Part shown: positions 49,957 to 59,852 of the stretch, in pieces
Position numbering within the stretch: the stretch's first letter is position 1
Layout of the letters: every line of letters begins with the position of its first letter
NCBI GenBank assembly: GCA_963845145.1
Contig: CAWJQU010000008.1
Span: 224,001-288,000, forward strand
Reading direction: 5' to 3'
DNA length: 64,000 bases
From: an uncultured delta proteobacterium
GTDB lineage: Bacteria > Desulfobacterota > Desulfobacteria > Desulfobacterales > QNYZ01
Notes under the pieces: generated by a model
The model's input: the letters and a program-made list of their open reading frames with translations, nothing else
What the model was told of the DNA's origin: nothing
Databases searched by the model: none
Position numbers and translations under genes: made by a program

Positions 49957-50465
49957 TCAAACCGATTGTTCTCTCTTTAACTTCTTATACATCACAAGGG
50001 CGTCCACTAGGCCGAGTCGTGGGTGCCGAAAAGCCTCGGGTAGCGTTCCAATCACATTAAAACCGTGCTTTTTCCAGAGGTGGATGGCATTCTTATTGTT
50101 GGAAACAACCAGGTTGTATTGCATCGCGATAGAAACCCAAGAACAACAGCCTCTTGTTGTGAATGCGCGCACATCCTGGATGCAATACCTTTACCCCCGG
50201 CCAGCTTCGAAACGATGTACCCACAATTGCAGACATGGCTCCCAAGTTCAGGCTGGTTGGCTTTAATGTAGTAGGTCCCAAGCACTTCGTTCCCATCATT
50301 AACCGCCACATAGGTCGCCTTGGGTATCTCAATCCAGACGTTGTGGGCCTCTTCTTCGGTGATTCCAGGTGAAAAAGCATAGGTCTCGCCCGCCCTGAAT
50401 ACGGGCTTGATGATTCGCCATGTGCCGGACCAATCTTGCTCATCAAATCTTCTAATTTCAATCAT
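49957..50465 (-). pseudogene. GNAT acetyltransferase, frameshifted near 50130
   Basis: RAGETYAF, SHVCNCGY and GKGIA in one frame; AMQYNLVVSNN..LWKKHGF..PEAFRHP in another. Confidence 0.8.
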
Positions 50466-50523
50466 ATTGAGGGGTAACAACAATATTTTCCTTTAATACT
50501 TATGGTTTATTGGCCGATACAGC

Positions 50524-51382
50524 TTATTTGTTAAAAGGTCTACCAGGATAACATCGAATGCCCTGTTTTTTTGATTTATAATGTCTGATCGCAGATCTCA
50601 CCCCATTGATCATACTAACATCTCCAAAACAAAAATATTTGATAAAATGTTTTTCCTTAAGAGCCAACGCGTGAAAGATCTTTTTCTGTGATAGTCCTTT
50701 TTCCCAAAGCAGGATAATATTACCATATAGATTTTCAAGAAAATCGAGTTTTTTTTCAATATGCTTTTTACCGTCTTTCCGTTTAGGCGAGTGACTGCAT
50801 AGGAGCATATCAAATTCCAATTTTAGAATTTTTTTCAACGTTTCGATCTGACACCCCATATCTTCATCTGATCGGAAATACTTTATTTTATCTGCCAAAT
50901 AAAGATCTCCCGAAAACAATATTCCCGCATTTTCAATATAATAGGCTATGTGGTCTATCTGAATGCCCGGGAGTATGCACAGGAACCATGTCGCCCAAAC
51001 TAGTTTCAATTCTTTTCGGTGTATTTTCTGCAAACAATGGGTCGGCTTTTCCCCACATATATTTTTGATAGGGTAGAATTTTGAAAGGGACGGACATCTT
51101 CTTTACGGTTATCGGATGCCCGTACACGTGTGCGCTAAACGATTGTTTTATGGCTGCCGCATTCCCGCTGTGGTCTTCATGGTGATGGGTTAAGTAGATC
51201 CTTTGAATATGATTATCCCCAGCAATCTGCAGGACTTCTTTGCGCATATGCGCTTGGGCCGTATCCACCATCAAATCGCCAATCGTATAGCAATAAACCA
51301 TCATCATTGGGCGACCAAATAAGGACCAACCCAGTTGATATGCATTTATTTCATTAAAAAAGGATGTTTTTAGAAACCTCAT
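50524..51382 (-). pseudogene. Metallo-beta-lactamase-fold hydrolase, frameshifted near 50960
   Basis: THHHEDHSG and HTPGHS in one frame; DHIAYY, LFSGDL and CSH in another. Confidence 0.8.
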
Positions 51383-51615
51383 CGTGGTTTGGTTACTTTA
51401 AGCTCGATCAGAAAAGATAGACTTAAGCTATAGGGCCGCCCTCCGATTGTTCATTTGGCATGCGACGAGATGCCGCGACGAAATCTCCGGAACTTTTCGA
51501 GACCTGGGTAGATACACGTGTTTCCGGCATGGCTTTGGGCTCCTATGTTATTATTATACTCGAATTTCTGAGATGGAATATTGGGTTCTTAGCGAGTGTA
51601 TTGATTTTTCGGTTG

Positions 51616-51882
51616 TTACTTCAATTGACTGTCTTTGCTGCCACGCCGGTTATAGCCGGACGTTTTCGACTGCTGCGTTTCGAACTCCGCCTGACATTCA
51701 ATGCAGAAAAACACCCCGGGAAGCGCTTTGCGGCGTGGCTCCGGAATCGTTTCGCCGCACTCCATACAATGGGTCCGACTCTCACCGCGAGACAACCGGC
51801 TTCTGGCCTGCTTAACCGCATCTTTGACGCTGGCATCGATCTGCTCTTGTACGGCCCCGTCACGGGCCCACCCGACAGCCAT
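51616..51882 (-). CDS. DksA/TraR C4 zinc-finger protein (YbiI-like)
   Basis: MAVGWARDGAVQEQID and CMECGETIPEPRRKALPGVFFCIECQ; AAGGAG RBS. Confidence 0.9.
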   Translation of the reverse strand: MAVGWARDGAVQEQIDASVKDAVKQARSRLSRGESRTHCMECGETIPEPRRKALPGVFFCIECQAEFETQQSKTSGYNRRGSKDSQLK

Positions 51883-52035
51883 TACCTACTCCTTATAAGA
51901 TGTTGTTCCTACATTTGGGTCCAGGACCTCAATCAATCGACCTAAGGGCAAAACATACACATCTTTTTATAATTTTAACAACCCCTTCTGTTTGCCGTTT
52001 CGAGACCGCCCGAAATCCCATAATGGATGTGTTTT

Positions 52036-52122
52036 TGTAGGGGCAATCCCTTGTGGTTGCCCGGTGGTATGATCGCCGGGATCCCACAAAGGGCATGGGC
52101 ACCCACAAGGGGCGCCCCTACA
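52036..52122. repeat. REP doublet (REPIN-like, GTAG type)
   Basis: GTAGGGGCAATCCCTTGTGGTTGCCC (52037-52062) and an inverted GTAGGGGCGCCCCTTGTGGGTGCCC (52097-52121), each with an internal hairpin. Confidence 0.85.
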
Positions 52123-52177
52123 GATAGAATCCACGCAAATAAAAGATTATTTTTTTGCATAGGCTGACCTATCCTTT

Positions 52178-52633
52178 TCATGTATTTCTCAGATACTTGG
52201 TTAACAATTTATCCAGTTGATTCGCAAAAACGTTCCGATCTTTTTGGCTTAGCGCCGCCGGACCGCCAGTATCTATTCCGCTGCCTCGCAACGTATCCAT
52301 GAAATCTCTCAAACTTAGACGTTCTCTAATATTCTCCGAATCATACAATTCTCCGCGAGGAGATAAGGCATAACATCCCTTTTCAACGACATCCGCCGCC
52401 AAGGGAATATCACTTGTAATGACAAGGTCTCCCGCGCTAAGCCTCTTGACGATCTCTTTATCAGCGACATCAAACCCAGAGGCTACTTGAAGCATCTTAA
52501 TCCAGGGTGAACGTGGTATGCGCATCGGTTGATTGGCGACAAGTGTTGCTTGCACCCCTGTCCTCGCGGCCGCTTTAAACAAAATGTTTTTAATCACGAC
52601 GGGGCATGCATCTGCGTCTATCCAGATTTTCAC
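52178..52633 (-). CDS. yaiI: YaiI/YqxD (UPF0178) family protein
   Basis: [20 protein letters not shown] and [12 protein letters not shown] motifs; GTG start inferred. Confidence 0.9.
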   Translation of the reverse strand: MKIWIDADACPVVIKNILFKAAARTGVQATLVANQPMRIPRSPWIKMLQVASGFDVADKEIVKRLSAGDLVITSDIPLAADVVEKGCYALSPRGELYDSENIRERLSLRDFMDTLRGSGIDTGGPAALSQKDRNVFANQLDKLLTKYLRNT

Positions 52634-52694
52634 TTCAGACCTTTTCTCATAGGGGAAAATCGCACTAATTGAAAGTGGCTCATTTGCTTGGGGT

Positions 52695-53426
52695 TTAGGA
52701 TTCAGATGGCTGATACGGCGACGACGGTTGGAACCGTCCGCCGAAACGATATCGGGAACCGGGGTGAATAAGCCGGCATCGGGTGACCACCCTGTTTTTC
52801 GTCCAGGTACGTCGATATAGGGCCAAACAGGGTTCCCGCGGACCGATCTCAAGTAACGCCTGGGTCTTTTTTTCGGGCAATATCGCCTCCACCACATGTT
52901 CAACCTCAGAAACCGGGACCTCGTTGAGAAGGTAACGACTGGGTGTTACTTCCTGGAAGTCCTGTTCCAGGAACTTGGGTGCCACAGCCGGATTGACATA
53001 CCGGTCCTCCAGCTGAACAGGCTGCCCGTTACCCGAATGGACAATCAACACATGATAAATTTCCGCACCTGCAGGCAGGGCCAGGGCCAGGGCCAGCTCT
53101 GGAAGTGCCGGCTCGCGCGTTTGGAGATGAATTCGACATGAATGTCTCCCCCCTTGCCGAGTGATCTCTTCAGCAATAGGATTGATTTCCAAAAAGGTGG
53201 CAATAGGATTATGCAACGCAACAAAGGTTCCCACCCCCTGGGACCGGGTTAGAATGCCTTCCGCGGTTAATTCCCGTAACGCGCGGTTTACGGTCATCTT
53301 TGACGTACCCAGTTCCCGTATGAGCGTGTTTTCAGAAGGCACCCGGGATTCGGGTGGCCAGAGTCCTGAATGGATTTGGGTAAGAATATACTCCTTAACC
53401 TGCTTATAAAGCGCCGTGGGCCGCAT
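52695..53426 (-). CDS. hutC: Histidine utilization repressor-like GntR/UTRA regulator
   Basis: [43 protein letters not shown] and RRTW motifs; the start may lie further upstream (53531). Confidence 0.8.
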   Translation of the reverse strand: MRPTALYKQVKEYILTQIHSGLWPPESRVPSENTLIRELGTSKMTVNRALRELTAEGILTRSQGVGTFVALHNPIATFLEINPIAEEITRQGGRHSCRIHLQTREPALPELALALALPAGAEIYHVLIVHSGNGQPVQLEDRYVNPAVAPKFLEQDFQEVTPSRYLLNEVPVSEVEHVVEAILPEKKTQALLEIGPREPCLALYRRTWTKNRVVTRCRLIHPGSRYRFGGRFQPSSPYQPSES

Positions 53427-53640
53427 TCGTGATAACGTTGCGGGTGGTAGTTCGTTCACTGCACCCAATGAGGCGTCTGTTCCTTCTGGACGATTGTTCC
53501 GGTTTCTAACCTTGTGATGACCCGTTGACATAGCTACTTAACAACATCGGTTTTATATAGGGGTGTCTTGACATACGAATTGCACATATATATATAAGCA
53601 TATACTAATATCAGTGGTCAAGTGCAAACCTAATGGCCCA

Positions 53641-54309
53641 ATGAATCCAGGATATTATCAGAAAAAACTCAGTGCTCAACGCCTCAACAAGGTGTATGAC
53701 ATAGCCGCCCCCCGGGTGCGGCAATACCTTTGGGCGGAAATAGATCACCTTCGAGATATCGTCCAACCGAATGATCGAATCCTGGAGTTGGGCTGCGGTA
53801 CTGGCCGGGTACTGGTTCCTCTGGCACACATCGCAGGAGGTGGATGGGGTATAGACCAGTCGCTTGAAAGCATATCATTCGCCCGGGTGGCACAACCGAA
53901 ATTACAATGGATAGTAATGGATGCTGCGGACCTTGGGTTCCGGGCCCAATATTTCGATGTTGTGGTCGGTGTGCAAAATTTTATCAGCGCCTGCCAGATA
54001 TCACCACCGGAATTACTAAGCCAGTGTCTGCGGGTTACCCGTCCGGGGGGGCAAATCTTGTTTTCCAGCTATACCGAACAATTCTGGCCCCATCGTCTGG
54101 CATGGTTCCGGGACCAAGCGGCAGCGACGCTAATCGGCGCCATTGACGAAGAGGCAACCGGAAATGGGATCATTATGGGTCAAGACGGTTTTCGCGCCAC
54201 CACTTTCAGTGCCGAAAACTTTACCACGCTAACCACGTCAATGGGATTAAAGGCCCATATTTATGAAGTAGATGAATCCAGTGTATTTTGCCGTGTTACG
54301 GCTGTCTGA
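53641..54309 (+). CDS. Class I SAM-dependent methyltransferase
   Basis: ILELGCGTG, GID, MDA, FDVV and RVTRPGG motifs. Confidence 0.9.
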   Translation: MNPGYYQKKLSAQRLNKVYDIAAPRVRQYLWAEIDHLRDIVQPNDRILELGCGTGRVLVPLAHIAGGGWGIDQSLESISFARVAQPKLQWIVMDAADLGFRAQYFDVVVGVQNFISACQISPPELLSQCLRVTRPGGQILFSSYTEQFWPHRLAWFRDQAAATLIGAIDEEATGNGIIMGQDGFRATTFSAENFTTLTTSMGLKAHIYEVDESSVFCRVTAV

Positions 54310-54374
54310 CATCGATGTGTACAAGCCTGACCGTGTTAGTGTTAATGATAAAGTAAACAAAGAAAGGAGACACC

Positions 54375-55577
54375 ATGCCCAAAAAAACGATGATCATCGT
54401 ATTGTCCATTTGTTTCGCAGCAGGATTTTTAGGAATGGCTGCGGCCGCTGACCCGATCAAAATCGGGTTTCACGCCCCGTTAACCGGGTTTGCCGCCAGC
54501 GACGGCAAGTCTTCCACAGAAGGGGCCAAGTTAGCCATCAACCAGATCAACGCTGCAGGTGGTGTTTTGGGGCGTCAGCTTGAATTAATTAGCTATGACG
54601 ACCAAGCCAAACCGGCTCAAGCCATCCCCATTGCCAACAAGCTCATCGGTCAGGATAAAGTCGTGGTGGGGATTTCCGGGTCCTATTCGGGGGCAACCCG
54701 TTCGGCCGCTGGTGTATTCCAAGAAGCAAAGATCCCCTATATCAGTGCATATGCCATCCATCCTGATATTACGCGGGCCGGTGAGTATGTATTTCGCACG
54801 AGCTTTCTCGGCCAGGTTCAGGGCCGGGCCGGTGCGATGTTAATCGGCAAGACCATGGGCAAAAAAAGGGTGGTCGTCATTACGTTGCAAAATGATTTCG
54901 GCAAATCCTTGGCCGCTGGATTCAAGGAAAGAGCCGCCGCCTACGGGATTGATGTCGTCGCGGAGTATCAGTACTCGATCAAGGACCGTCAGTTTGGTTC
55001 GATCGTCACCAAGGTCAAGGCCGATAAGCCCGAAGCCATTTATGCTTCCGGTTATTACTTCACCGCAGGACCGCTGGTGAACCAATTGCGTGCCGCCGGC
55101 GTATCCTGTCCCATTATCGGACAAGAAGGTTACGACAGCCAGAAATTTATTGAGATTGCCGGTCCATCCGCCGAAGGCGTGATCATTACCACCAGCCTGG
55201 ATCGGGACTCCCAGGTGCCGGAAACGACCGGGTTTATAAACGCCTTTGAAAAGCAGGCGGGTTTTAAATCGGATATGGTTGCCGCCAGTGCTCACACAGC
55301 GGTCATGGTGGCCGCGGACGCGATAACTCGAGCCGGTAGCACTGAATCCAAACAAGTTCTCGCTGCAATCAAGGCCACGGATCTCAAGGTCTCAACCGGA
55401 ACCATCAAATTTAATGCGCTGGGCGAAGTTCTAAAAGCAGTCCAGGTGCAAGTGGTCAAAGACGGCAACTGGCACCACTATGGGATTATCGATGACGCCA
55501 CCTTGCTAGCTCCCCGGCCCAATAGTTCAAGCAGGTTTAGCTTTGTGGCCGTAATGATATTTAACCGTTCTGTTTAG
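54375..55577 (+). CDS. Branched-chain amino acid (LIV-type) ABC transporter substrate-binding protein
   Basis: Signal peptide, IKIGFHAPLTG, INAAGGVLGR and YVFRT. The last ~20 aa may result from a 1-nt slip in the C-run near 55512. Confidence 0.9.
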   Translation: MPKKTMIIVLSICFAAGFLGMAAAADPIKIGFHAPLTGFAASDGKSSTEGAKLAINQINAAGGVLGRQLELISYDDQAKPAQAIPIANKLIGQDKVVVGISGSYSGATRSAAGVFQEAKIPYISAYAIHPDITRAGEYVFRTSFLGQVQGRAGAMLIGKTMGKKRVVVITLQNDFGKSLAAGFKERAAAYGIDVVAEYQYSIKDRQFGSIVTKVKADKPEAIYASGYYFTAGPLVNQLRAAGVSCPIIGQEGYDSQKFIEIAGPSAEGVIITTSLDRDSQVPETTGFINAFEKQAGFKSDMVAASAHTAVMVAADAITRAGSTESKQVLAAIKATDLKVSTGTIKFNALGEVLKAVQVQVVKDGNWHHYGIIDDATLLAPRPNSSSRFSFVAVMIFNRSV

Positions 55578-55607
55578 TTTTCTATTCTGCCGCTCAGGGT
55601 TATCGCC

Positions 55608-56468
55608 ATGCTCTATGTGGAATTATTGATTCAAGGTCTGATCTACGGTTGTATGTACGCGATTATCGCCGTGGGACTAACCCTGGTGTACGGGTTGTTG
55701 CGCATCCTGCATGTGGCCCATGCCGGACTCTTCGCCCTGGGCGGCTACCTGGGATTATTGATCACCAATGCCAGCGGTAGTCTAATTCTGGCCATGCCCC
55801 TCACGGCGGCTATTGTAGGGGTGGTGGGGATGATTATCTATCGGTTATGCTACCACCCTATTTTGGACCGCCCCCCCTATGTGGCCCTGATTGCTTCCAT
55901 CGGCCTTTTCATTGCTATGGAAGAACTCTTTCGTCTGATTTTCGGCCCTTTTGGGCTGACCTACAATACCGCACCATTACAAAATATAGTGCAATTTGCG
56001 GGTATCACCTTGCGCGCCGTTGATTTAGCCATTGTGGGGGGCAGCCTCTCGATGCTGGGCACCCTTACCTGGCTATCCCAGAAAACGCGCATCGGAATCG
56101 CCTGGCGGGCCACGGTTGATGATCCTCAGATGGCGGAAAGTTTTGGAATAAGTGTGCTTCGGGTACGCTATTTAAATTTTTTCATCGGATCGGCACTTGC
56201 CGCCGTAGCCGGTATTTTTATCTCTCTGCTTTCCAATCTTGTAGAACCCACTATGGGTGGGGTCCCCAGTTATAAAGCGTTGGCTATCATCGTGTTGGGT
56301 GGACTGGGTAATGTGGGTGGCACCCTCATTGCCGCATTGGTGTTGGGGGTTGTGGAGGTATTCGGGACCATCTATATCGGCAGTTATTTGGATCGCGACG
56401 CCATTGCCTTCGCGTTTCTAATTATCGTCCTGATGATCCGTCCCCAGGGCCTATTTACGGGAAGGTGA
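55608..56468 (+). CDS. livH: LIV-type ABC permease
   Basis: AVGLTLVYG..HVAH, IVLGGLG and RPQGL motifs. Confidence 0.85.
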   Translation: MLYVELLIQGLIYGCMYAIIAVGLTLVYGLLRILHVAHAGLFALGGYLGLLITNASGSLILAMPLTAAIVGVVGMIIYRLCYHPILDRPPYVALIASIGLFIAMEELFRLIFGPFGLTYNTAPLQNIVQFAGITLRAVDLAIVGGSLSMLGTLTWLSQKTRIGIAWRATVDDPQMAESFGISVLRVRYLNFFIGSALAAVAGIFISLLSNLVEPTMGGVPSYKALAIIVLGGLGNVGGTLIAALVLGVVEVFGTIYIGSYLDRDAIAFAFLIIVLMIRPQGLFTGR

Positions 56469-57334
56469 GCATGGGCATTTATGAACTCTCCCTGGCCACA
56501 GTGGTGGGGATCAATATTATTCTGGCGGTGGGATTGAATCTCATCACCGGGTTTTGTGGTCAAATCAGCCTTGGGCATGCCGCTTTTTACGGTATGGGTG
56601 CCTACACTGCCGCTCTCATGGCCAAAGCCGGTCTACCCGGCCCCATCAATCTTTTGGCCGCGATGCTGCTCACCGGTGGAATGGGTGCGGCTGTGGGGCT
56701 CACCAGCCTTCGGGTGCGGGAAGATTTCCTGGCCATCACCACCATGGGCGTCGGGTTTTTGTTTTTGGGATTTGTTCGTCAGCAAGAGAGTGTGCTCGGC
56801 GGTGAATTGGGTATCAGTTCCATACCGGCCTTCGGATTGGGCAAGGTGGGTTTTCTCTCCTTGGTCCTGGTGCTGGCCGCCCTGGTGACGGCTTTTAGTC
56901 TTTACATCAAACGCTCCTGGATGGGATTTGCCTTTGAAGCCGTCGCCGATGATGAGGATACCGCCCGGGTGCTTGCCGTGGATGTCTCTGCCTATAAGTT
57001 GGCCGCTTTTACGATGGGTACGGCACTGGCGGGTCTGGCGGGTGGGCTCTACTGCTATTTTGCCCGATTTATCGTACCGGATGATTTCGGCTTTATTACC
57101 TCCATTAGCGTGCTCTCCATGGTGGCGGTGGGTGGCATCGGTAGTGTATTCGGGGTTATCGCCGGAACCGCTCTTTTGACCCTAATGCCCGAGCTATTCC
57201 GTTTTATCAGCGACTACAAGCTGCTGGTATACGGCGCATTGCTTTTTGGCGTTATGCGCTTTGCGCCCGATGGTATCGCCGGACTCACCCGCGCGGTATT
57301 CACCCGTCGAATTCGAAAAAGGATAAAGGTATGA
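56465..57334 (+). CDS. livM: LIV-type ABC permease
   Basis: GLNLITGFCGQISLGHAAF, LRVREDFLAITT and VGGIGS motifs. Confidence 0.85.
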   Translation: MSMGIYELSLATVVGINIILAVGLNLITGFCGQISLGHAAFYGMGAYTAALMAKAGLPGPINLLAAMLLTGGMGAAVGLTSLRVREDFLAITTMGVGFLFLGFVRQQESVLGGELGISSIPAFGLGKVGFLSLVLVLAALVTAFSLYIKRSWMGFAFEAVADDEDTARVLAVDVSAYKLAAFTMGTALAGLAGGLYCYFARFIVPDDFGFITSISVLSMVAVGGIGSVFGVIAGTALLTLMPELFRFISDYKLLVYGALLFGVMRFAPDGIAGLTRAVFTRRIRKRIKV

Positions 57335-58095
57335 CTACTTTATTGGACGTAGCGGGTGTAACCATGCATTTCGGTGGTGTGCACGCTTTGACGGATGTCT
57401 CCTTTCAGGTGAAGTCCGGTGAATTTCTCTGCCTCATCGGGCCCAACGGTGCCGGAAAGACGACCCTTCTTAAAGTGATTGTGGGCACCGTCTCGCCCCA
57501 GCATGCACAAATTCGATTGGGGGGAAAGAAGATCAGTGGCCTCCCCACCCATCGCCGGATCCGTGAAGGTCTGGCTCTGACCCATCAAATCGTACGCCCT
57601 TTCCGCTCCATGAATTTAACCGATAATGTAGCCTTGGCCGTAGGGTATCGCAGAATTCGGCGGGTATGGACCGCTTTGTCCGGAATAAATCGCACGGCCG
57701 AGCGGATAAAAGCAGATAAACTGTTGGACCTGGTTGGTATTGGGGATCATGCAAGTGAACCGGTCCAGGGTCAGCCTTTGGGGGTTTTAAAGCGCCTCGA
57801 GGTTGCGCGAGCCCTGGCTTTAGAACCACGACTTCTACTCCTTGACGAACCCCTGGCAGGCTTAAACCATGTGGAAGCCGCCCGATTGGCTGACACGGTG
57901 CTGGGGATTAACCGCACTGGACTTACCATCGTGATGATCGAACATAATCTGGGTGAGGTCCTGAGAATCGGCCATCGCCTGGTTGTTCTGGACAACGGCC
58001 GTAAAATTGCGGATGGCCTTCCCCAAGAAGTCATGCGGCAGCGAATCGTACGGGCAGCCTATGTGGGCAAGGAGGCGCATGATGCTGCGGCTTGA
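57331..58095 (+). CDS. livG: LIV-type ABC ATPase
   Basis: FGGVHAL, GPNGAGKTT, LLDEPLAGL and IEHN motifs. Confidence 0.85.
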   Translation: MTTLLDVAGVTMHFGGVHALTDVSFQVKSGEFLCLIGPNGAGKTTLLKVIVGTVSPQHAQIRLGGKKISGLPTHRRIREGLALTHQIVRPFRSMNLTDNVALAVGYRRIRRVWTALSGINRTAERIKADKLLDLVGIGDHASEPVQGQPLGVLKRLEVARALALEPRLLLLDEPLAGLNHVEAARLADTVLGINRTGLTIVMIEHNLGEVLRIGHRLVVLDNGRKIADGLPQEVMRQRIVRAAYVGKEAHDAAA

Positions 58096-58804
58096 AAAAT
58101 TAAGTTGCGGATATGGACCGATGCAGGCTGTCCACACACTTGATTTCGAAGCGCCGCCTGGAAAAATCTCGACGTTGTTGGGCGCCAATGGGGCCGGTAA
58201 GAGCTCAACCATTATGTGCATTGCCGGCCATGTTAAAGTTTTTTCGGGCCGCATCATTTACAATGACAACCCCATCATCAATTGGACCCCCATGAAACGG
58301 GTCGCAGCTGGAATTGCCCTGGTTCCCGAGGGACGCCGCCTGTTTAATGCCCTCACCGTCCGCGAGAACCTCGTGGTGGGCGGTTATTGCCGGGATAAAT
58401 CAAACACGGAGACCGGAATAGACCAAGTTCTAAGCATGTTTCCCCGCCTCGGGGAGCGCATCAACCAACGCGCCGGCTCCCTTTCCGGTGGCGAACAGCA
58501 GATGCTGGCCATTGGTCGCGCCCTGATGAGCCGTCCCAAATTACTCTTGATCGATGAGCTGAGCCTGGGACTTATGCCCAAGGTGATCGACATCTGTTAT
58601 GCTGCTATCACAGATTTAAAAGCCAAGGGAATGGCCATCGTCCTTGTCGAACAGTCTACCCAAAGAGCTCTGGAAGTGGCCGATCGGGTGACTGTTCTCG
58701 AAAGCGGAAAAATGGTCTGGCGGGGAACCGGTGTAGAAGCGCAGAATTCCACCGAAATGATTGATGCCTGCCTTGGATTAACGCAAACAACAAGACCAGC
58801 ATAA
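58079..58804 (+). CDS. livF: LIV-type ABC ATPase
   Basis: GANGAGKS, VPEGRR and LSGGEQQMLA motifs; AAGGAGG RBS before ATG 58079. Confidence 0.85.
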   Translation: MMLRLEKLSCGYGPMQAVHTLDFEAPPGKISTLLGANGAGKSSTIMCIAGHVKVFSGRIIYNDNPIINWTPMKRVAAGIALVPEGRRLFNALTVRENLVVGGYCRDKSNTETGIDQVLSMFPRLGERINQRAGSLSGGEQQMLAIGRALMSRPKLLLIDELSLGLMPKVIDICYAAITDLKAKGMAIVLVEQSTQRALEVADRVTVLESGKMVWRGTGVEAQNSTEMIDACLGLTQTTRPA

Positions 58805-58807
58805 AGA

Positions 58808-59851
58808 TTATGAAAAGAGGGATTTATCCATGGCCTTTTCGTGGGCGGCCTCTTTGGTGATTTTATTCTCTTTGATTAATTGCTGTAAGTGCTGATCCAT
58901 GGTCTGCATTCCCATGGCCGTGCCGGTTTGAATCATCGAAGTAATCTGGGAAATTTTGTTTTCGCGGACCATGCTGGCAAGGGCACCGGAGCCCAAAAGG
59001 ATCTCGTTAGCCGCGCGACGCCCCTTGCCGTCAATCGTTTTTACCAACTGCTGGGCGATGACAGCCTTAAGCGATTCGGACAGCATGGTACGCGCCTGGG
59101 CCTGCTGATCACTGGGAAACGCATCGATAATACGGTCGATAGTTTTGGCAGCGCTATTGGTGTGTAGTGTACCAAAAACCAGAATGCCCAACTCCGCACA
59201 AGTCAGCGCTAACGATATTGTCTCAGTATCGCGCATTTCGCCCACCAGAATAATATCCGGATTTTCACGACCTGCCACAACGAGCGCCTCTGCAAAACTT
59301 CTTGCATGGGTCCCTATCTCGCGTTGGGTAAAGATGCACTTTCGATTCTGATGGACAAACTCCAGCGGATCTTCGATGGTAATGACATGAGCACTGCGCC
59401 GATCATTGATGTAATCGATCATGGCAGCCAGCGTCGTCGATTTGCCGCTACCCGTGGGCCCGGTGACCAATACCAGCCCTTTTTTGTATTCACTGATATT
59501 TTTAAGAACATCGGGCAGGTTAAGTTCTTCAAGTGTCATAATCTGAGTGGGGATGAGTCGGAAAACGGCGCCCAAACCACGATGCTGATAAAAATAGTTA
59601 CACCGGAAGCGACCTACACCCTGTAAAGCGTAGGCCATATCAAAATCGCGATGTTTCTCCACATGCTTGATCTGATCTTCAGATAATATGTCAAACAGAA
59701 AACGTTGATTGGTATCGGCAGTGAGCACTGGGTGGTCCAAAGCCACCAGTTCGCCATGCAGCCTGATGAGCGGCGGAAAACCGATCACCATATGCAGATC
59801 ACTGGCGCCTTGAATTTCCATCTCTTTAAAATAGGTGTCGATTTGGGGCAT
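58808..59851 (-). CDS. pilT: Type IV pilus retraction ATPase paralogue
   Basis: ASDLH, GPTGSGKSTT, TIEDPLE, ILVGEMRD, GTLHT and GMQTMD motifs. Confidence 0.9.
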   Translation of the reverse strand: MPQIDTYFKEMEIQGASDLHMVIGFPPLIRLHGELVALDHPVLTADTNQRFLFDILSEDQIKHVEKHRDFDMAYALQGVGRFRCNYFYQHRGLGAVFRLIPTQIMTLEELNLPDVLKNISEYKKGLVLVTGPTGSGKSTTLAAMIDYINDRRSAHVITIEDPLEFVHQNRKCIFTQREIGTHARSFAEALVVAGRENPDIILVGEMRDTETISLALTCAELGILVFGTLHTNSAAKTIDRIIDAFPSDQQAQARTMLSESLKAVIAQQLVKTIDGKGRRAANEILLGSGALASMVRENKISQITSMIQTGTAMGMQTMDQHLQQLIKENKITKEAAHEKAMDKSLFS

Positions 59852-59852
59852 A

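Noticed and set aside
52634..52903. Long N-terminal extension of yaiI
   Set aside because: It overlaps hutC in another frame; family similarity starts at KIWIDAD.
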